Part shown: positions 49,601 through 64,000 of the stretch, piece by piece
Numbering within the stretch: position 1 is the stretch's first letter
How the letters are laid out: each line of letters starts with the position of its first letter
NCBI RefSeq assembly: GCF_964355755.1
Contig: NC_092678.1
Coordinates: 2,930,422 to 2,994,421, forward strand
Source of the DNA: Antedon mediterranea
Taxonomy: Eukaryota; Animalia; Echinodermata
DNA: 64,000 nucleotides
Reading direction: 5' to 3'
Made by a program: the position numbers and the translations under genes
The notes under the pieces: generated by a model
The model's database searches: none
Told to the model about the DNA's origin: nothing
Seen by the model: the letters and a program-made list of their open reading frames with translations, nothing else

Positions 49601-51820
49601 TGGTCAATTCACTTGCATTGCGTTACGTCCTTGCGTTGCGTCGCTAGTGGGAACCAAGCTTTAATGAATTTTAAAATCAATCAAGATTAATTTTAAACAT
49701 GAATGTATTATATTAAACAATTAGAAGAGAGCCAACTTCAACAAAATCACAGTTTAAAAACAGTGTCAACATGGAGAGGGACCACCTAATAATATTATTA
49801 AGGTTACATCTCAATCAACTAAAACAATTTCAAATATTGATCATACCATTGACAGTTAACTTGGCTTTGTTGGAATAGGAGGGTCCAAAATGATTCGAGA
49901 TGACACATTGGTACCGCCCCTCGTTCTCATCCTGTAAGTTGGTTAAACGCAAGACGCTTGTCACCTCGGTAACGCCCCCTTGCATTTCCTGCTTTGTTTC
50001 CACAAAGGTTTTAGGCAACTCCTAAAAAAGAAACAGTAACACAAATAGAAACATTAAATGAATGACTCATTTTTTGTTCTAACTAGATTCTCAATCTTGA
50101 CTTCAATGTCTTCGAAAAATATCTTCTCACTATTGAGGATGATCAAAGTATATTGACGTAACGTAAAGAAACTCAACAGTTCTTTTCAGAAATATATGTG
50201 ATATACCGCAAATTTTATATCAACACAACAATTCCTTTATTTTACAGTAGTTATGACACATTTGCTATTATTTTTATCAAATAAAACATATTAAAAGTAC
50301 TCTATATACCTTGTTATCTTTCTTCCAGATAACTTCTATATTATGGCCCCCGTTACTTGCTGCCTGGCACAGAAACTCTACATCTCCACCGCGTAGGGCT
50401 TTCTGAGCCTCTGGATGCATTATGATGTACGGTTTAGGATAATCAGCTGAGGATAAAAAAAAAAATAAATGTAGGTTTAAAGAAATAATAAAAAGGTGGT
50501 TAGTTGGTAGTGTCTAAAATTAACTATGTTTCAATGTAAAAAAGTATTTTAAAAATAAATTATTTGTCCAATTCATAGGCAAGTTCCATGATACAGTGTT
50601 ACAAGTGCATGAAATGTTCCATTTTCTTGACATTGTTCTTATATTGTCTCACATGTGACGCTGTATCACATAATTTGTCTATGATACAGGACAAACACAG
50701 ATACAGTACTGAGAATCGGCTCACTGAAAAACATTTCTTACCACATGTAAAAAGTGAGATGTTTGCTCCTAGAACATTCTGTCCCTGCACATTTTCTGGG
50801 TGTGCACATTTTGCGACAACATCTTGTGCAAATGGTTGATCAACCAGCCAGAATGGGAACCAGGTGAGCTGACAATCGCATACTAAATTAGAAGTATTCA
50901 ACATTCTGCAAAAAGAGCAAAATTTAATAATAATTTGTTGTACTTGATTAAATAAAAATTTACAAGGAAGTTTATTTTGAATTGAAATGCCAGAGAGATT
51001 AAAATATTGGACTACAATAGAACCTCTAATAAGAGGACACTTGCAAGACCCAACAAAGTGTCCCTTTAATAGAGATGTCCACTAAATAGAGGTTTCCTAA
51101 TGGAGTGGTTCCATTATGACAAATATACTGCATTATATATACTGTATACTATTGTAAATTGTATATACTACTGCATTAATTTTCAGATCCAATTATATTT
51201 TACACGGCTGAAAAGGATCACACTACGATAAAATCGGCAATAAGTTTTTTTTAAGTTCTGGACTCGTCACATTTGAGTGGAATCAAACATGCTATCTACA
51301 GTTTGATCACCACCCATCAAACAGTAGTAGCAGTGACGTTAAAATTAGGAAGGAATTTAAAGAGCATTTTAAACATGAATAGCCACGGGCAAAGTACTGC
51401 TCAGAAGTTATTAAATTGATGCGTGATGAGTGAGTGTTGCTTTTTTTTGTATATTTCTCTGAAATAGTGGATGCTATGATAATTTATGTGGACAGTGCTA
51501 GTAAAACTGTTCAATAACAAGATAGTGTTGATGATGATGATGATGATGATGAAGATAGTAATGATGATGATGATGATAAAGATGATGATGATGATGATGA
51601 AGAAAGTATGATGAGATGATGATGATGATGATAATGATGAAGAAAGTTTGATAACGATGATAGCAATCAGATGAAGAAAGTATGATAATAATGATAATGA
51701 TATAGAAAGTATGATGATAATGATGATGATAATGAAGAAAGTATGATGATAACGATTATGATAAAGAAAGTGTGATGATTATGATAAAGAAAGTATGATG
51801 AAGATGATGAAGAAAGTATT

Positions 51821-51864
<44 letters not shown>

Positions 51865-54800
51865 AAAGAAAGTAGGATGATGATGATGATGATGAAAATA
51901 ATGATTATAATAGTCATATCATTTACTGCTACTAAGGAAAGATTTTTCTGATATCCAAAATACTTTATTTCAAATGGCAAATATAAAATGCTAGAAAATT
52001 TAAGGATAGGTGGGTTGCTTATGACTCATAATTTTAAACTATCAACAAAATAACTCAGGACTCCTGTCTGAAATGAAATATCATGTAAACATGGTAGTTA
52101 ATCTGAATCATGTAATCATTTTCTAATTGATTATGATTAATTACTATGGATTTTATTAAAGGATATTAGTTCCAAGGCCAAGAACATGTAAGCCAACTTC
52201 CTAGATAAAGTTAATATAAGGAAAGTTATATGAAAGATTTTTTTCTGAAGCTAGGCAACCTTGAGAGTCTTCTTAACAGGAACTGTGGCACAGACACTCA
52301 CGGATTGGCGGCATCCTTCAAACTGGGCCTACATCAAACACTGATGCGAAAGTACAAACCAATGTGACTCATTTTACCTATTGATAATTGCTTAAAAAGA
52401 GTCTGATGTTTTTGTTTAATTTAACGTTAAGGACTTAGCTGAAATGGACCATTAGGTATTAATGTTTCACTTCTAATCACATCCTACATATTATTAACAA
52501 CTATAGTAATTTTATTTATATCAAATAAAAATTAAACTACGAACTAAGTTATCTGATAATTCAAGTGTAAAGGCCCATTTACACTAGGACGATGACTATA
52601 ATATATAAACGTGCATTTTTTTTACATAAAACAAAATAAATTAGAAAGGTTTTCGTTCTAGAACTATAGGATAATCATTTATGCTGTCTTTGATAAAAAT
52701 AATATTTTTTAAATTCCAATCAAATGACGTCATGATAAATAAAAACAATAAAATCGTTGTATTTTCACGATATTATTGCTCTTACTAATCATGACGTCAT
52801 TTAATTGGACGTGTGAAAATATAATTTTCATCAAAGGAAGCATAGAAGGTTATTCTATAGTTCTACAATGAAAAGCTTTTATATTTCTTTTGTTTTATGT
52901 ATGAAAAATGCACATTTGTCTATTTATCGTCGATCGTTATCGTCCTAGTGTAAATGGGCCTTTAAGGAGAAAGTAGTTGCCATACTTGTTACTAAATAAT
53001 GTTTTATATATATAAAATATTTTATATACATAAAATTTGTAACTATATTTCGAGGAAATTCACTGTACTTTAGTGTTGTAAAATAATTATGCTCGTTTGT
53101 AGATAACGTACAGTTTGTAAATCCTGTTAATTTTGCTTGCCTTAATTTTCAGGGGGAAATTAATTAAGCGAACAAATATTTAGTAATAATATACTAATTA
53201 AGAATGTTTATCATTAGCCTTGATGAGGAGGTCATACAAATGTAATCAAAATTGAAAACACTGACAATTATACATACATGCAGTTACTGTTCTATGCAGC
53301 ATCCTAAAACTTTATAATAAAGTTTAAATTATGTTAAAACGTAATACAAATTTATACTAATAATATTATTTAATGCTCATGTCCTTGAGATTGATTGTAA
53401 ATCCAATCGAGGGAAGGGTTCATTACCTGATAGGGGTGTTTAAAAATGTTTATATATTAAAGTTGTAGCTCATTTCTTAGAGAGAATAGGCCAATGTCGG
53501 TTTTTCCAGGTAAGCTAGGCACGAAATAGACTGTAAAAACCTACATACTGAAGATACCACTTTCTAAAATGATTCATAACACCTTCAGAATAAGCCCACA
53601 TTGGGCATGGGCTTATACTCAACGTTTAACTACGATGCTCTATTCTCAGTAATGGTGAACAACAAATACAAAAAATATTCTGCGAAATGACTTGCTATAT
53701 TAGTAACTATCCATTCATGCGATTACCTTTGCCCAGTCAGTAGTAGTAATCTTTGCGTAAAGCAATTAACGTAAGCACATGACCTTGACAACTAATGTAC
53801 AAACGACCTTCGCAATTACCATTAAAGTGACAATTTTGTCTGGGGACAACACAAGCAAAATATTTCTGACTCAAAGTAATTTTTTCTCGTCCAACAACTG
53901 TACTTGTCTTAAATGAATGAGATCATATCTCTTGAGTGACTGTAAAAATGCCTAGAGACAAATTTTGAATATTTCACTAAAAGCCACTGGATTAAATTAC
54001 ATAAATTCCCCCTTTAAATTAATGTCTTTATTGAATGTGTGATTCAGAAATTATGTTTTACACATTCAATGTACAAAGCAATCGGCTTGTACCATTAATG
54101 AATAGGGATGTTAAAACTTAAATTAAATCTTTATTCATACCATTTTGATGAGTAACAGTATACATGGAATTATATATTTTAAGATCTAGCACAGTCTATT
54201 ACCTACAACTAAACATTTGGAATGGTTCACCATTAAAAATTAAATAAATTTACTGAATGCATATTCCTTTGACATCATGATTTATAATATTATCCAATCA
54301 AAGGCTTTAATTTACGAGGTCAGAAAAACTATAGACATTTCTGATAGTTCATGCAGAGTTTTAGTTGGCCAGAAATGTTTACTGACACAGTTCCCTGTGT
54401 ATTGGAAATATTTTAATTAAAAGTCTAAACATACTTTGGGAGAAAAATTGTAATAACTAATAAGAATAATGTTCGAACCTATAGACAAGGTGCTTGAAGC
54501 GATTAATATTGATTATACTGATTGATGATGCAATATATTCATTTCATAAATGTGGAATAAGATTACAAGAACCTTGTCCTAAATATGTCTCCGGTACATG
54601 ACAGATGATTATCACGCATCTCATTTATTTATATGAATCAATCCGTCATCCCAGAAGCATATTCTTCTACATGGAAATATGTAAACTAGTGTAGCACTCA
54701 CCACACCAAATGTCTCCGTGAGGAGAGGGGCATATGGATGTCTACTGGTTTTGTCATGTCATGATACAAATGGTCTCCACACCAAACTTCTCTGTGTGAA

Positions 54801-57800
54801 GAGGGTATGTGGAAACCTACAGGTTTTGTCTTTTTATGTTAACAGACAAATAGTAAAACCTCACCAAACTTCTCTGTGAATACGTAACTGATTTAGTCAT
54901 GACATGTTAAGAGAAAGTGGTAAACCAATAAAAGACGCACTCATAGAAAACATAGTTCTTTTTTTACTTACAATTCTTTCAACTTTGGTAAACTTGAGAA
55001 GGAATTTGCTTGAATAGCTGTGATCATGTTATCTGTCAAATCCCTAATGTAAAAAATAAAACACATCATACAACAATTCTTATCTTTCTTTCTTAATCAT
55101 AATATTAACTACATTTTTGTGTTAAGCTCTGTCTGCACTATCAAACTAGTTTGACAAAAAAGTGTGATGTGCCCAAATATGGTAGTGCTATACCCAAATA
55201 TGGTAGTGATATGACATCATCATGCACGTCCCATAAAGTTTGATAGTGTAGATAGAGCTTTAGAGTCTGCTGTTTAAAAAATATTCTTACAGTTGTTGAA
55301 GCTCAGTAAGATCTGAGAAAGACTTTCTGGTGATAGATGTAACCTTGTTTCCTGCCAGCCCCAGACGTAGCAAGGATGTCAGGCCTTTGAAAGCACCCGC
55401 TGCATCTTCTATCGTCCATGAAATATCATTATGATCCAATAACCTGTACAGAATATTAAGAAATATTAATGAAGAAATATGTATGATTGAACAAAATTGA
55501 AACTTTGAGACACAAATACTACAGTATAACAAAACAGTCATTATGCGTGTTAAAAAAAATCACAATTTTTTTGAGTAGATAAATGTAGAAAGCTCTTCTG
55601 ATAAATTTAATTTTAAAATGGATTGTTCAAATTAATTTTCTTGTCTCGTCTATATAGATGTGATTTATACATGGATTATCTGTAAAATGTGAAAACAAAA
55701 TGTGCTGAAAATAACGCTATATGTAAACCTCTAAATTATAGAGAACATTTTTTTAATTTTCAAATCACAAGAATAACATTTTCAGAACTTTTCTTTATTT
55801 TTGTAGTCAAAATTTTTGTAGTCAAAATTTCATTAAATGGATTAACTACTACCAACAGCTGAAAGTTATTATCGATTAAAAATAAAAATTCTGATCGAAG
55901 TAACAGTTTAATGATATTTCTTTAAATCACCTGTTTTCGGTAACGAAAGAACGTAAATGCTTTGTAAGAAATGTAATAAAGTGATTATTGGAGTAATTTG
56001 AAGGTATTTATCAAGTAATAAAATTGTGAATTAAGTCTTTTCATCCATGAAACAATGTAATAACATGACTACCTTCTGTAAATTACATAATCTATATGAA
56101 TTCATTAAAAACAAATTATTATTTTATTATCTGATAGATGATTGAAATGAATAATATCATTTGCTTGATGTTCTGTGAATATTGTTAATTTGTATTAATA
56201 AGAATAAAATTGATATTCAATTATTTTATGATGACGTGTTTTATTTTCTATATCGCAGTTTGAAAAACTGTAGCATTGAGTATTACTAACAAATTTAACA
56301 TTCCCTTAAGCTCTGTCTACACTATCAAACTAGTTTGACAAAAAAAGTGTGATGTGCCCAAATATGTTAGTGATATGCTTAAATATGGTAGTGACATGAC
56401 ATCATCATGTCTATATATGGGCACATCACAAAGTTTGATAGTGTAGACAGAGCTTTATACTAATGAAATGGTCAAATGCACCAAATTCAGTAACTGATCC
56501 AGGATTTTGAAAGGAAAGGTTGAAAGGACTATAAACTTGCTGAACTTAACAGACTGCATTGTAATTTTCGAAAGTTTTAGGTAACTACATTAAGTGATAA
56601 TAAAAAGGTTCAGTTTAAAAATCAATAATAAAAATATAAAATTTACGTACAATTCTGTTAAAGATACTAAGCCACGGAATGCACCGTCTTCGAAGCTTGA
56701 CAGAAAGTTATGGCCGAGGTTCAAGCTCTGCAGCTCTGTCAATTTCTCAAAGTTGTTTTCCACAAGACTCACTAACTGGTTATAACTGAGATCAAGAGAC
56801 TGAAGCTTTGCACAGAATGACATGGGATCTGTGAAGTTAATACTGTTGTTATTAACCGAAAGATGCTTCAACGTTTCCAGTCCGTACAACCACCCTTTAT
56901 TTATCGATGACAGTTTATTGTTATCGAGGTATAGCTCTTCCAGTCTTTCAAGCCCATAGAAGGCGCCATCTTCCAGTAAAGAGATACCGTTTCGTCGCAG
57001 TTTCAAAACTCGAAGTTTCTTCAGCTTCAAGAAGGTTAAACTCTCGACTTTCCGCAGCCTATTCTTATTCAATTCTCTGAAGAAGAAAAAAACAATTAAG
57101 ATTGACAGAAAAATAATGCTTTCATTTTTTGAACATAAATATCCTGTGTCATTGGAAAATAAAAATGTGGAATTGATAATAATAATAGAACACAAGAAAA
57201 ACAATAGAAAACAGTTAAGTTAGCTGAACTAAAATATAATAGATTATAATTGAATGATTTCCCTATCGCATATATCAACCTTTCACAGATGCTTTCACCT
57301 TTGTTTCTACAAGCTAACATAGCTTGTACAAAACTTGCACTTTAATTCCATCCAATTAAAGTATAGTTTATTGCAGTGCAGAGAGATTCCAAATAAACAT
57401 TGGATGCTACTGCAGGCTAAACATAGTGGAATGGTAACCAGGCCTCTTTACAGGGTTTTATGGAACAGAGTTCACTGCAGTTAATTCATCTACATGATCT
57501 GAAGAAATCAACATTTTGTCATTGAAAATTGACAAAACAATAATTTCACTGAAGATTTAGTGGTTTTTATAATTTATTTAAAATGAATTTGGTGTTATAA
57601 AGTAAATGGATATATAATTGAATATCATTTTAGATGTGCTTATTTAAGATTTTTGAGTATCTGATTGAAATTACTGATAAACCTGCTTTGACTAATCACT
57701 AAATATGTAAAATCTTAATCATTTTTGTCATTATTAAGTTTAACTGTGTGTGTCAGTGGAGAAGTCAAAAAGCATTCAGCACCAACACCTGGACTACAAA

Positions 57801-60800
57801 CAATTTACAGTTTATTACTGTGTTTTTGTATACTGTTTATTTTGACTTAAGATCGTTCTTACTTTAGTCTTACAAGACTAGAGTTTCTGTATAGAGATGC
57901 TTATTATTCTTTCTCCTATAAACATGGCAGAGCGATAGAAATATTTATTGCGGAATTCGAACAAGTACAGTAATGATGAAAAGAGAAAGTGCAGCGCTAT
58001 CTAGTTTGGAACCATAAAAACCTTTATCAAAATTTGAACAACAGACTATAAAATGGAATAATGGTCAACGAATTCAGCAGAGCAACCGCATTTAGGATTT
58101 ATTTTATTTTATTTAGGTAATTACTTTCAGTGATGATTGAAACATAAAAAATGGAGCACTGAGGAGAGACAAGAACTGTAAAAGACAACTATCGCCAAAC
58201 CAAAGGGCGTGTCTCTCCAATTTATTAAACTATTTAAACATTTATTTTAAGGCTTGATGTGTCACTAGCCCCTGAGCTGGTGTAACTGTAAATTTCACTA
58301 GTTCACTTCCACTTTTGGTAGCCCAACTCCAAAATAAACGTAATTGCATTTTTACTACAGTATAATTGACTTGGGAGACACATACTGTATAAAACTATAT
58401 TACTAAAATCAGAACCATATAATATTAGATAAAATAATAATAAGTTAGCAATGATTTTAAATTTCTGTCTGGTGACAAATGATTGATCTATTAACAACAA
58501 CAAAGAGTGGAACTACAAAAGACATGTCGAGAATAAATGATAGATTTAATGCAAGCAAATTTGCAAACTGTTGTTAATAATTCTGACAACAAAGCAGTGT
58601 ACAGTAAAAGATAATATTAATAGATCTAGTTTAGGAAATGTACTTGAAGTTATTCCATCAAATGCATTTCCTAGGCATTTCCCTTAGCTGTAGTATTACT
58701 ATGATAAACAATAAGAGCCTTTAGGTCACTTGGAAGGCATACTTTACAGTTAATCAATGTGTTATATTTCTTATAGTTGCAATATTTCTTTGTCTCTCTC
58801 TGACGACTGCGTTGTGTTTTACTGGTGAATCTTATAATCAAGAATGAGTATCAGTGTCATTATTTAAAGTGTCGCATTACATTTATCACTGAAATGTATT
58901 GATAAAATGGCAACCAAATTGAGAGAAAACATTTCAAGCATTTAAAAGGTTAAAAAATCGTTTCTATTTCTATTATAAAAATGTCATATGCATAATACTA
59001 TTTCCTAAACTTTGTCTACTGTATCAAACTAGTTTGGCAAAAAAAAGTGTGATGTGCCAAAATATGATAGTGATATGCCCAAATTTATAGTAGTGTTATG
59101 ACATCATCATTTCCATATATGGGCACATCACATTTTTTTTGTCTCATAAAGTTTGATAGTGTAGACAGAGCTTAACATCTATCTAGTAGAACAACATTAT
59201 GTATGAAAAAATCAATTTAAATAATTTTTATTCTATAAAAACTAAAAATTCAAACAAAAAATTCCACTAACAAATTGTATACAAAGTCTATGAATAATAT
59301 TCATTCCTTTTTATGGAAATGAATGCTACGCCTCCATGTATCAGTTAATATTGATGGCATAAGATTGACCTAGTATTTTTAAAGATGTTCTGATATCATT
59401 TTCTACAGGCGAATACAAGAGATTTCTAAACAATAGTATTATTATTGATATCTTAGTAAAAGACAAAAATCCAAGTCACCTTTAGGGAAACGAACAAAAT
59501 CAATAGTAGTAGAAGTATAGATTAATTTCTTCCTAAAATGTTGCTATTTTAATGTTAAATGAATGCTCTGGTATCTTGCCAAAAGTTGATTGATCACCTG
59601 ACAAGGCAATTGATCACATGACAGGCTTATTGATCACTTGACTAATGTATTGATCACCTGACCCCCTAAGGCTACCCTACATAATTTAATCATGTTTGAA
59701 TATAAAAGAGGACATAGTTGAAACTAGAAATCACTATGTCCAACAAAATATTATTACCATTCATATCTGAATGAAAAAAAACATTGCTTTTAATTAAAAT
59801 TAATGTTGAGTGTTATAGTTATTAGAAAGCTAATGTACACATCAATTTCATTAATTTTCATTTATTGTTCCAAATAGCTTTTTGTAAGTGAATATAGCTA
59901 ATTTAGATTCTTAACAAACGTAATTAATAAATCAGGTCATTTAACTAGAGTAATTAGGTCATGTTTGTTCGCAATTGATTTTCCAATAAAACAGCCAATC
60001 ATTTTTAAGTACTGCAAACAAAATAGTAAATATTCAATATGTTTTTTTAGTCATATTCTTGATTGATTTTCTATTTTACTAATTTTGCAACAATTCAAGC
60101 AATTCTGCATTCATTTTAACTTTAATCATACTATTTTTTACCATTCTGTTTATAAATAGCAACAGACTTAAGCCAATAAATGACACTTAGTACAAATAGA
60201 CAACGTTTCAAGATTACCATAACACGGTTTTTCGCTAAAAATGGCGTAATCCTTTCTAAAGATAAACACAGATTATATTCATCACGGATGCATACATATA
60301 GTCAATCATTTACCTTGTATATATTGTTATTGATTATATTTATATAGAAATGTTATTAAATATTACATTAATGTATGACTCATCTAAATAGTTCAACACT
60401 AGAAGATGTGTAAAGATGTTCTTTGAGTATGTTGAGATGAGAAGTTTGTGGTCACACTTGAAATCTGCATAACCTTGGCATTCTTTTGCCATCATCATTA
60501 TTTAAACCACAAAGTTAAGTTGATATCATCAACTCATTGAGTCATTTAAGACATGATTATATAAATATGTAGAAATGGTTTAAAGAACTTAAAGCTCAGG
60601 AACAGGCATAAACTATCCACTGACAAGAAAGTGCTTATTTTCAACAAAATCATGAATGTACAACTTACTACTGTATATAAGACATTAAAAATCCCCAAAA
60701 AGATGACACACATAGGAAATTATAGATCGATAATTATTAGAATGTATGATAGAAATTCTTTGCCCGCACCTGGCCTTTAATTTTAAAAGGGTGTTATAGG

Positions 60801-61891
60801 ACAATCAATTTAGAACTGAAGGCATTGTGAAACAATATAAAAACATCAATACTTACAGAATGGTTAGATTTGCCAAAGGTTCAAACATGTCTTTTGGCAG
60901 TTTCTTCACAGAGTTCTTGTTGAGTTTTAAAGTTTTCAGATGAGTTAAGTTTATCATTGCATTCTCGTATATGCTTGATATCTTATTGCTGTTCATGTAC
61001 CTGTGTTTTAAATTAATTGGTAATTAATATAAAAAAAGAAAAGATAGTACAATTTGTTTGTAAGATTTAGGATTCGGAAAAAGCTTCTGATCGGATCCCT
61101 TGTGAAATGCATCTTCACCTGGGAATAAACGGTCAGCATGGCGTATTAACTTGGCCTACAATGGACATAAATTAGATTTGTTTGGGAATATTCCAGGTTC
61201 CTGCATTTTAACATTGTGTACATAAGATAAAACTACCCAGTATAATGTTAAAAATATAAATTTGTAATGAATGGTAAGGATGATGAATAAATCAGTGAGA
61301 TTGAAAACAAGGTCGCTCAATTAAGTATTTATTATTATATACTATTTTTAACCAGGTAACTGAAATTGTACTTTAGCTGATAACAATAAAGTACCCACAG
61401 GCTGATGAGTATACCATTCACAAACAACATTTACAACTCATCAAAATCTACCATACAAAAAAACAAACATTAACTTGTACACACTTCCCCAGGGAATTTA
61501 GTTAATAAATGAATCAATACAAATCGTTAAAAAATATTTTGCCAAAGTAAAATGCAAATTCATATCTGCTATGATGATATATATAAAAACAATATTTTTA
61601 GAATAATCGTGATAACATTCGTTGTATAATTGCTTTGCCTTTCATAGTGAATAATATAAATTCATAAAGGCATCATAAATAATATAAATTTGCGCGAATA
61701 TAATCCAAGCAATGAATTACTGTTAACTGTTACCAAACGGCAGCATCACTTACAATCTTTGGATGTTGTTGATCGCCGGGAATGAGCCGTTCCTTATTAC
61801 TGTGAACTCGTTGAAATTCAGATCAAGGGTTTCCATATTTGGAAACATTGCAATGGCCGCCCCGTCAATACTACTTATGCGATTATGATTC
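43633..61891 (-). CDS. LRIG: Leucine-rich repeats and Ig-like domains protein (LRIG family); 5' exons not found in the window
   Basis: LRR exons ~61891-61754, 60980-60857, 57076-56650, 55443-55291 (LDHNDISWTIED), 55023-54972. LRRCT 50904-50742 (CDCQLTWFPFWL). Three Ig domains in 50447-50330, 50021-49846, 48908-48356 (WQKDGGVNFPAARERRM). TM 47501-47231 (GIIIIAVVCGVVGTSVIWVVIIY). Tail exons run to the stop at 43633. Boundaries are approximate. Confidence 0.93.
46925..47207. repeat. Intronic minisatellite
   Basis: gagacctggacactgga / gagacctggaga units. Confidence 0.92.
49308..49426. mobile_element. MITE family 1
   Basis: tttgtctacactatcaaac...gtttgatagtgtagacaaa. Confidence 0.8.
49482..49661. 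mobile_element. Palindromic MITE
   Basis: cttggttcccactag...ctagtgggaaccaag with long internal inverted arms. Confidence 0.85.
51528..51905. repeat. (GAT)n compound microsatellite
   Basis: Direct reading. Confidence 0.92.
52571..52961. mobile_element. Palindromic MITE (Harbinger-like)
   Basis: aggcccatttacactaggacgat...atcgtcctagtgtaaatgggcct; arms imperfectly complementary along most of the length. Confidence 0.85.
55124..55260. mobile_element. MITE family 1
   Basis: Both TIRs present. Confidence 0.82.
56308..56455. mobile_element. MITE family 1
   Basis: aagctctgtctacactatcaaact...agtttgatagtgtagacagagctt, perfect TIRs. Confidence 0.88.
59008..59173. mobile_element. MITE family 1
   Basis: Degenerate left TIR, intact right TIR. 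Confidence 0.8.
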
Positions 61892-62049
61892 CTGAAAGAG
61901 ATAAAAATTATTTTAAAATTTGTTATGATTTCATATCAATAAAAAAAAGCACAATATTTTGGATAGCGTTCTGTTTTTCTCCTTCACAAGAGGCAAGCTA
62001 AAATTTGTTCTGTGTTGTCGCATTATGTCCAGTATGAAATTATTTAATA

Positions 62050-62180
62050 CAGCAGTGTCATTATGCTAGGTTTTGTGATACAGGTGTCACACACAGCAGT
62101 GTCATAATGCTAGGTTTTGTAATACAGGTGTCACACACAGCAGTGTCATTATGCTAGGTTTTGTGATACAGGTGTCACAC
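62050..62180. repeat. 44-bp tandem repeat x3
   Basis: cagcagtgtcattatgctaggttttgtgatacaggtgtcacaca at 62050, 62094, 62138. Confidence 0.9.
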
Positions 62181-63569
62181 TGTATCATATAATTTGCTTA
62201 TGATACTGTAGAATGTATAGGTACAGTACCGAGAATATGCAGCTAAATGTTCTGTATCTATTCATATGTATTCCAAATAGTGGATACTAAAGCCTTTTGT
62301 ATGAATCACGATGTTTGGCTATACTGATTTACAATTATAACTCAAAGATCTTAATTAAAGCAACACAACATGATAAGCCTCTATCGACAATACCCTATGG
62401 CAAGAATTTAATCTGAGGGACTTCCGAGCCGATCTCCGCACAATGACCTAACGTCATTCCTTTTCCCCACCTTCTAAAGTACGAACTACAATAACACGAC
62501 ATGTTTGTTATCGTTCTGGTGTGTAATGTTTAAAAATCGTATGAATCATCTACGCCAGTGTATCCAGTCTCTGGGGACGTGGAGAGAAGCCTTTTTGACC
62601 TGCTGGTGTCATATCCAATATATGAATAGATGAGTTAGCAAGACGAAATGTGTGAACAGAGCCAAACACAGCTAGACTGATTCCCTCCTGATGTTCCATG
62701 GGCCATAGTGTACCTGGATCATTACTGTACTATATAAGCTATATACTTAATATATATAGGGATATGTTTAATTCTACATAAAGAAGGTAACTTTGAATTG
62801 AATTCTTTATACCTTTAAACTTGGTTAGATTCTGTCTACATACTAATATTTTAAGGTTTAGAAACCTATCTTTAAGTTGTTATATTGGAAACATAAGGAG
62901 ACACATTCCAAAGTTACCCTCTTTAGTAGAGGTGTTAACCAATTCTGGGTATTCCAAATTAGGTGTTTTATTGTATTGGAAAGAACACCAAATTAAGGAA
63001 ACAAAATTCAAATTTTGTTTTAAGGCAACAGTAACGTATTAAATAATAATAATACATAATTTTTAATAAAGCAACCTTGTTAAACAATTCCACAAGGGTT
63101 TTGTGTTATTAATTCAACATGGTTCTAATTGGGTAACGTAAAGACAAAGGTCAACAAAAAAGGTCATCATGTAAAAAGGAAAGAGAGCAAAAAGAGTCAT
63201 CAGCATTCTACCCGTGTACAAATGGATTCATTCTGATTAAACCCACATGTCATTAGTACTTATTTTAGGATTTAAATGTCGTTGTCTTGTGATCTGGGAG
63301 TTTGGGTCGGATAAGCCTTTATCTTGCTAGACAGTATGGGAACATGAATAGATCACACTCAACCTTTCATCTTTTGCGACTATCGTTAAATACCATGGAC
63401 ATGAAGAAAACATTTAAAACGTTTTAATTCTGCATTAATAATATAAAACATGCAACACGCATATTCTAAAATTTAAATGATACAATACAAAAAAGTGTGT
63501 TTATCATCTGTAGTATGAATAACATGTAAAATGCTCTAATAAAACAAACAAAATTGTTTTCTTGTATAT

Positions 63570-63887
63570 TTTTGTTTACTTATTTAATTTTTTTTATTAT
63601 ACATTTTTATACTGGGTGACCTCTTCAGTCAAAGACTGGTCTCTCAGTTATGATCAGTGGCTGTGAGTGACAGTGACTGTGTGTGTACTAGTACACCGGG
63701 ATAAACCCCTACTCATCTTAAAAGATGTACTACAGTACTAGTAGGTTCATATGAGCCAGATGTGTACATTGGACCTACGGTTTATAGTCCTATAGAACCA
63801 TGGAGCGAGTGAGCCTCGAACCCTTGCCAAAGTTATGGCTATGTAATTACAGTTCCACTGTCTTAACCGCTCGGCCACTCACTCGCT
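63570..63887 (-). mobile_element. tRNA-derived SINE
   Basis: Minus strand gtggccgagcggttaagac (A box) and ggttcgagg (B box-like), then a unique body and A-rich tail. Confidence 0.7.
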
Positions 63888-64000
63888 GAAATAAATTATG
63901 AATAATATCTAGGTAACTATTACTATAATTGTTGCAGATTGATTGATAATCTATTGTGTTACAAAAACGTGAGTTTAGACTGAACCACTGACTCAAACAT

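Noticed and set aside
63800-63887. Possible tRNA gene
   Set aside because: A/B boxes present but no convincing cloverleaf; body and A-tail indicate a SINE.

Overview
AT-rich metazoan genomic DNA; spliceosomal introns, an LRIG-like gene and a GRAMD4-like gene suggest an invertebrate, plausibly a deuterostome, but the taxon cannot be fixed from this window. Bases ~0.6-31 kb hold a head-to-tail array of single-coding-exon type I membrane receptors (signal peptide, V-like Ig, 4-Cys Ig, variable mucin stalk, TM, Tyr-motif tail). There are 8 intact copies, 2 pseudogenes and at least 4 remnants. Tails fall into two classes. Class A has a Cys-rich TM, NPxY, YAQV and DNNIYEG motifs. Class B has a GxxxG TM and 11-aa EHVYNDV repeats with ITAM-like spacing. 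A hypervariable Ig1 loop, a neighbouring A/B pair with closely similar ectodomains, and a conserved kB-like+ETS element before every ATG make it a candidate paired activating/inhibitory immune-receptor family under birth-and-death evolution (function inferred, not shown). On the minus strand lie a GRAMD4-like gene (39.2-32.0 kb; GRAM-domain exons not found, so the array may be intronic to it) and an LRIG-like gene (>61.9-43.6 kb). MITEs, TTAA elements, LINE/SINE remnants and minisatellites are also present. Array copies are numbered R1-R10 left to right.
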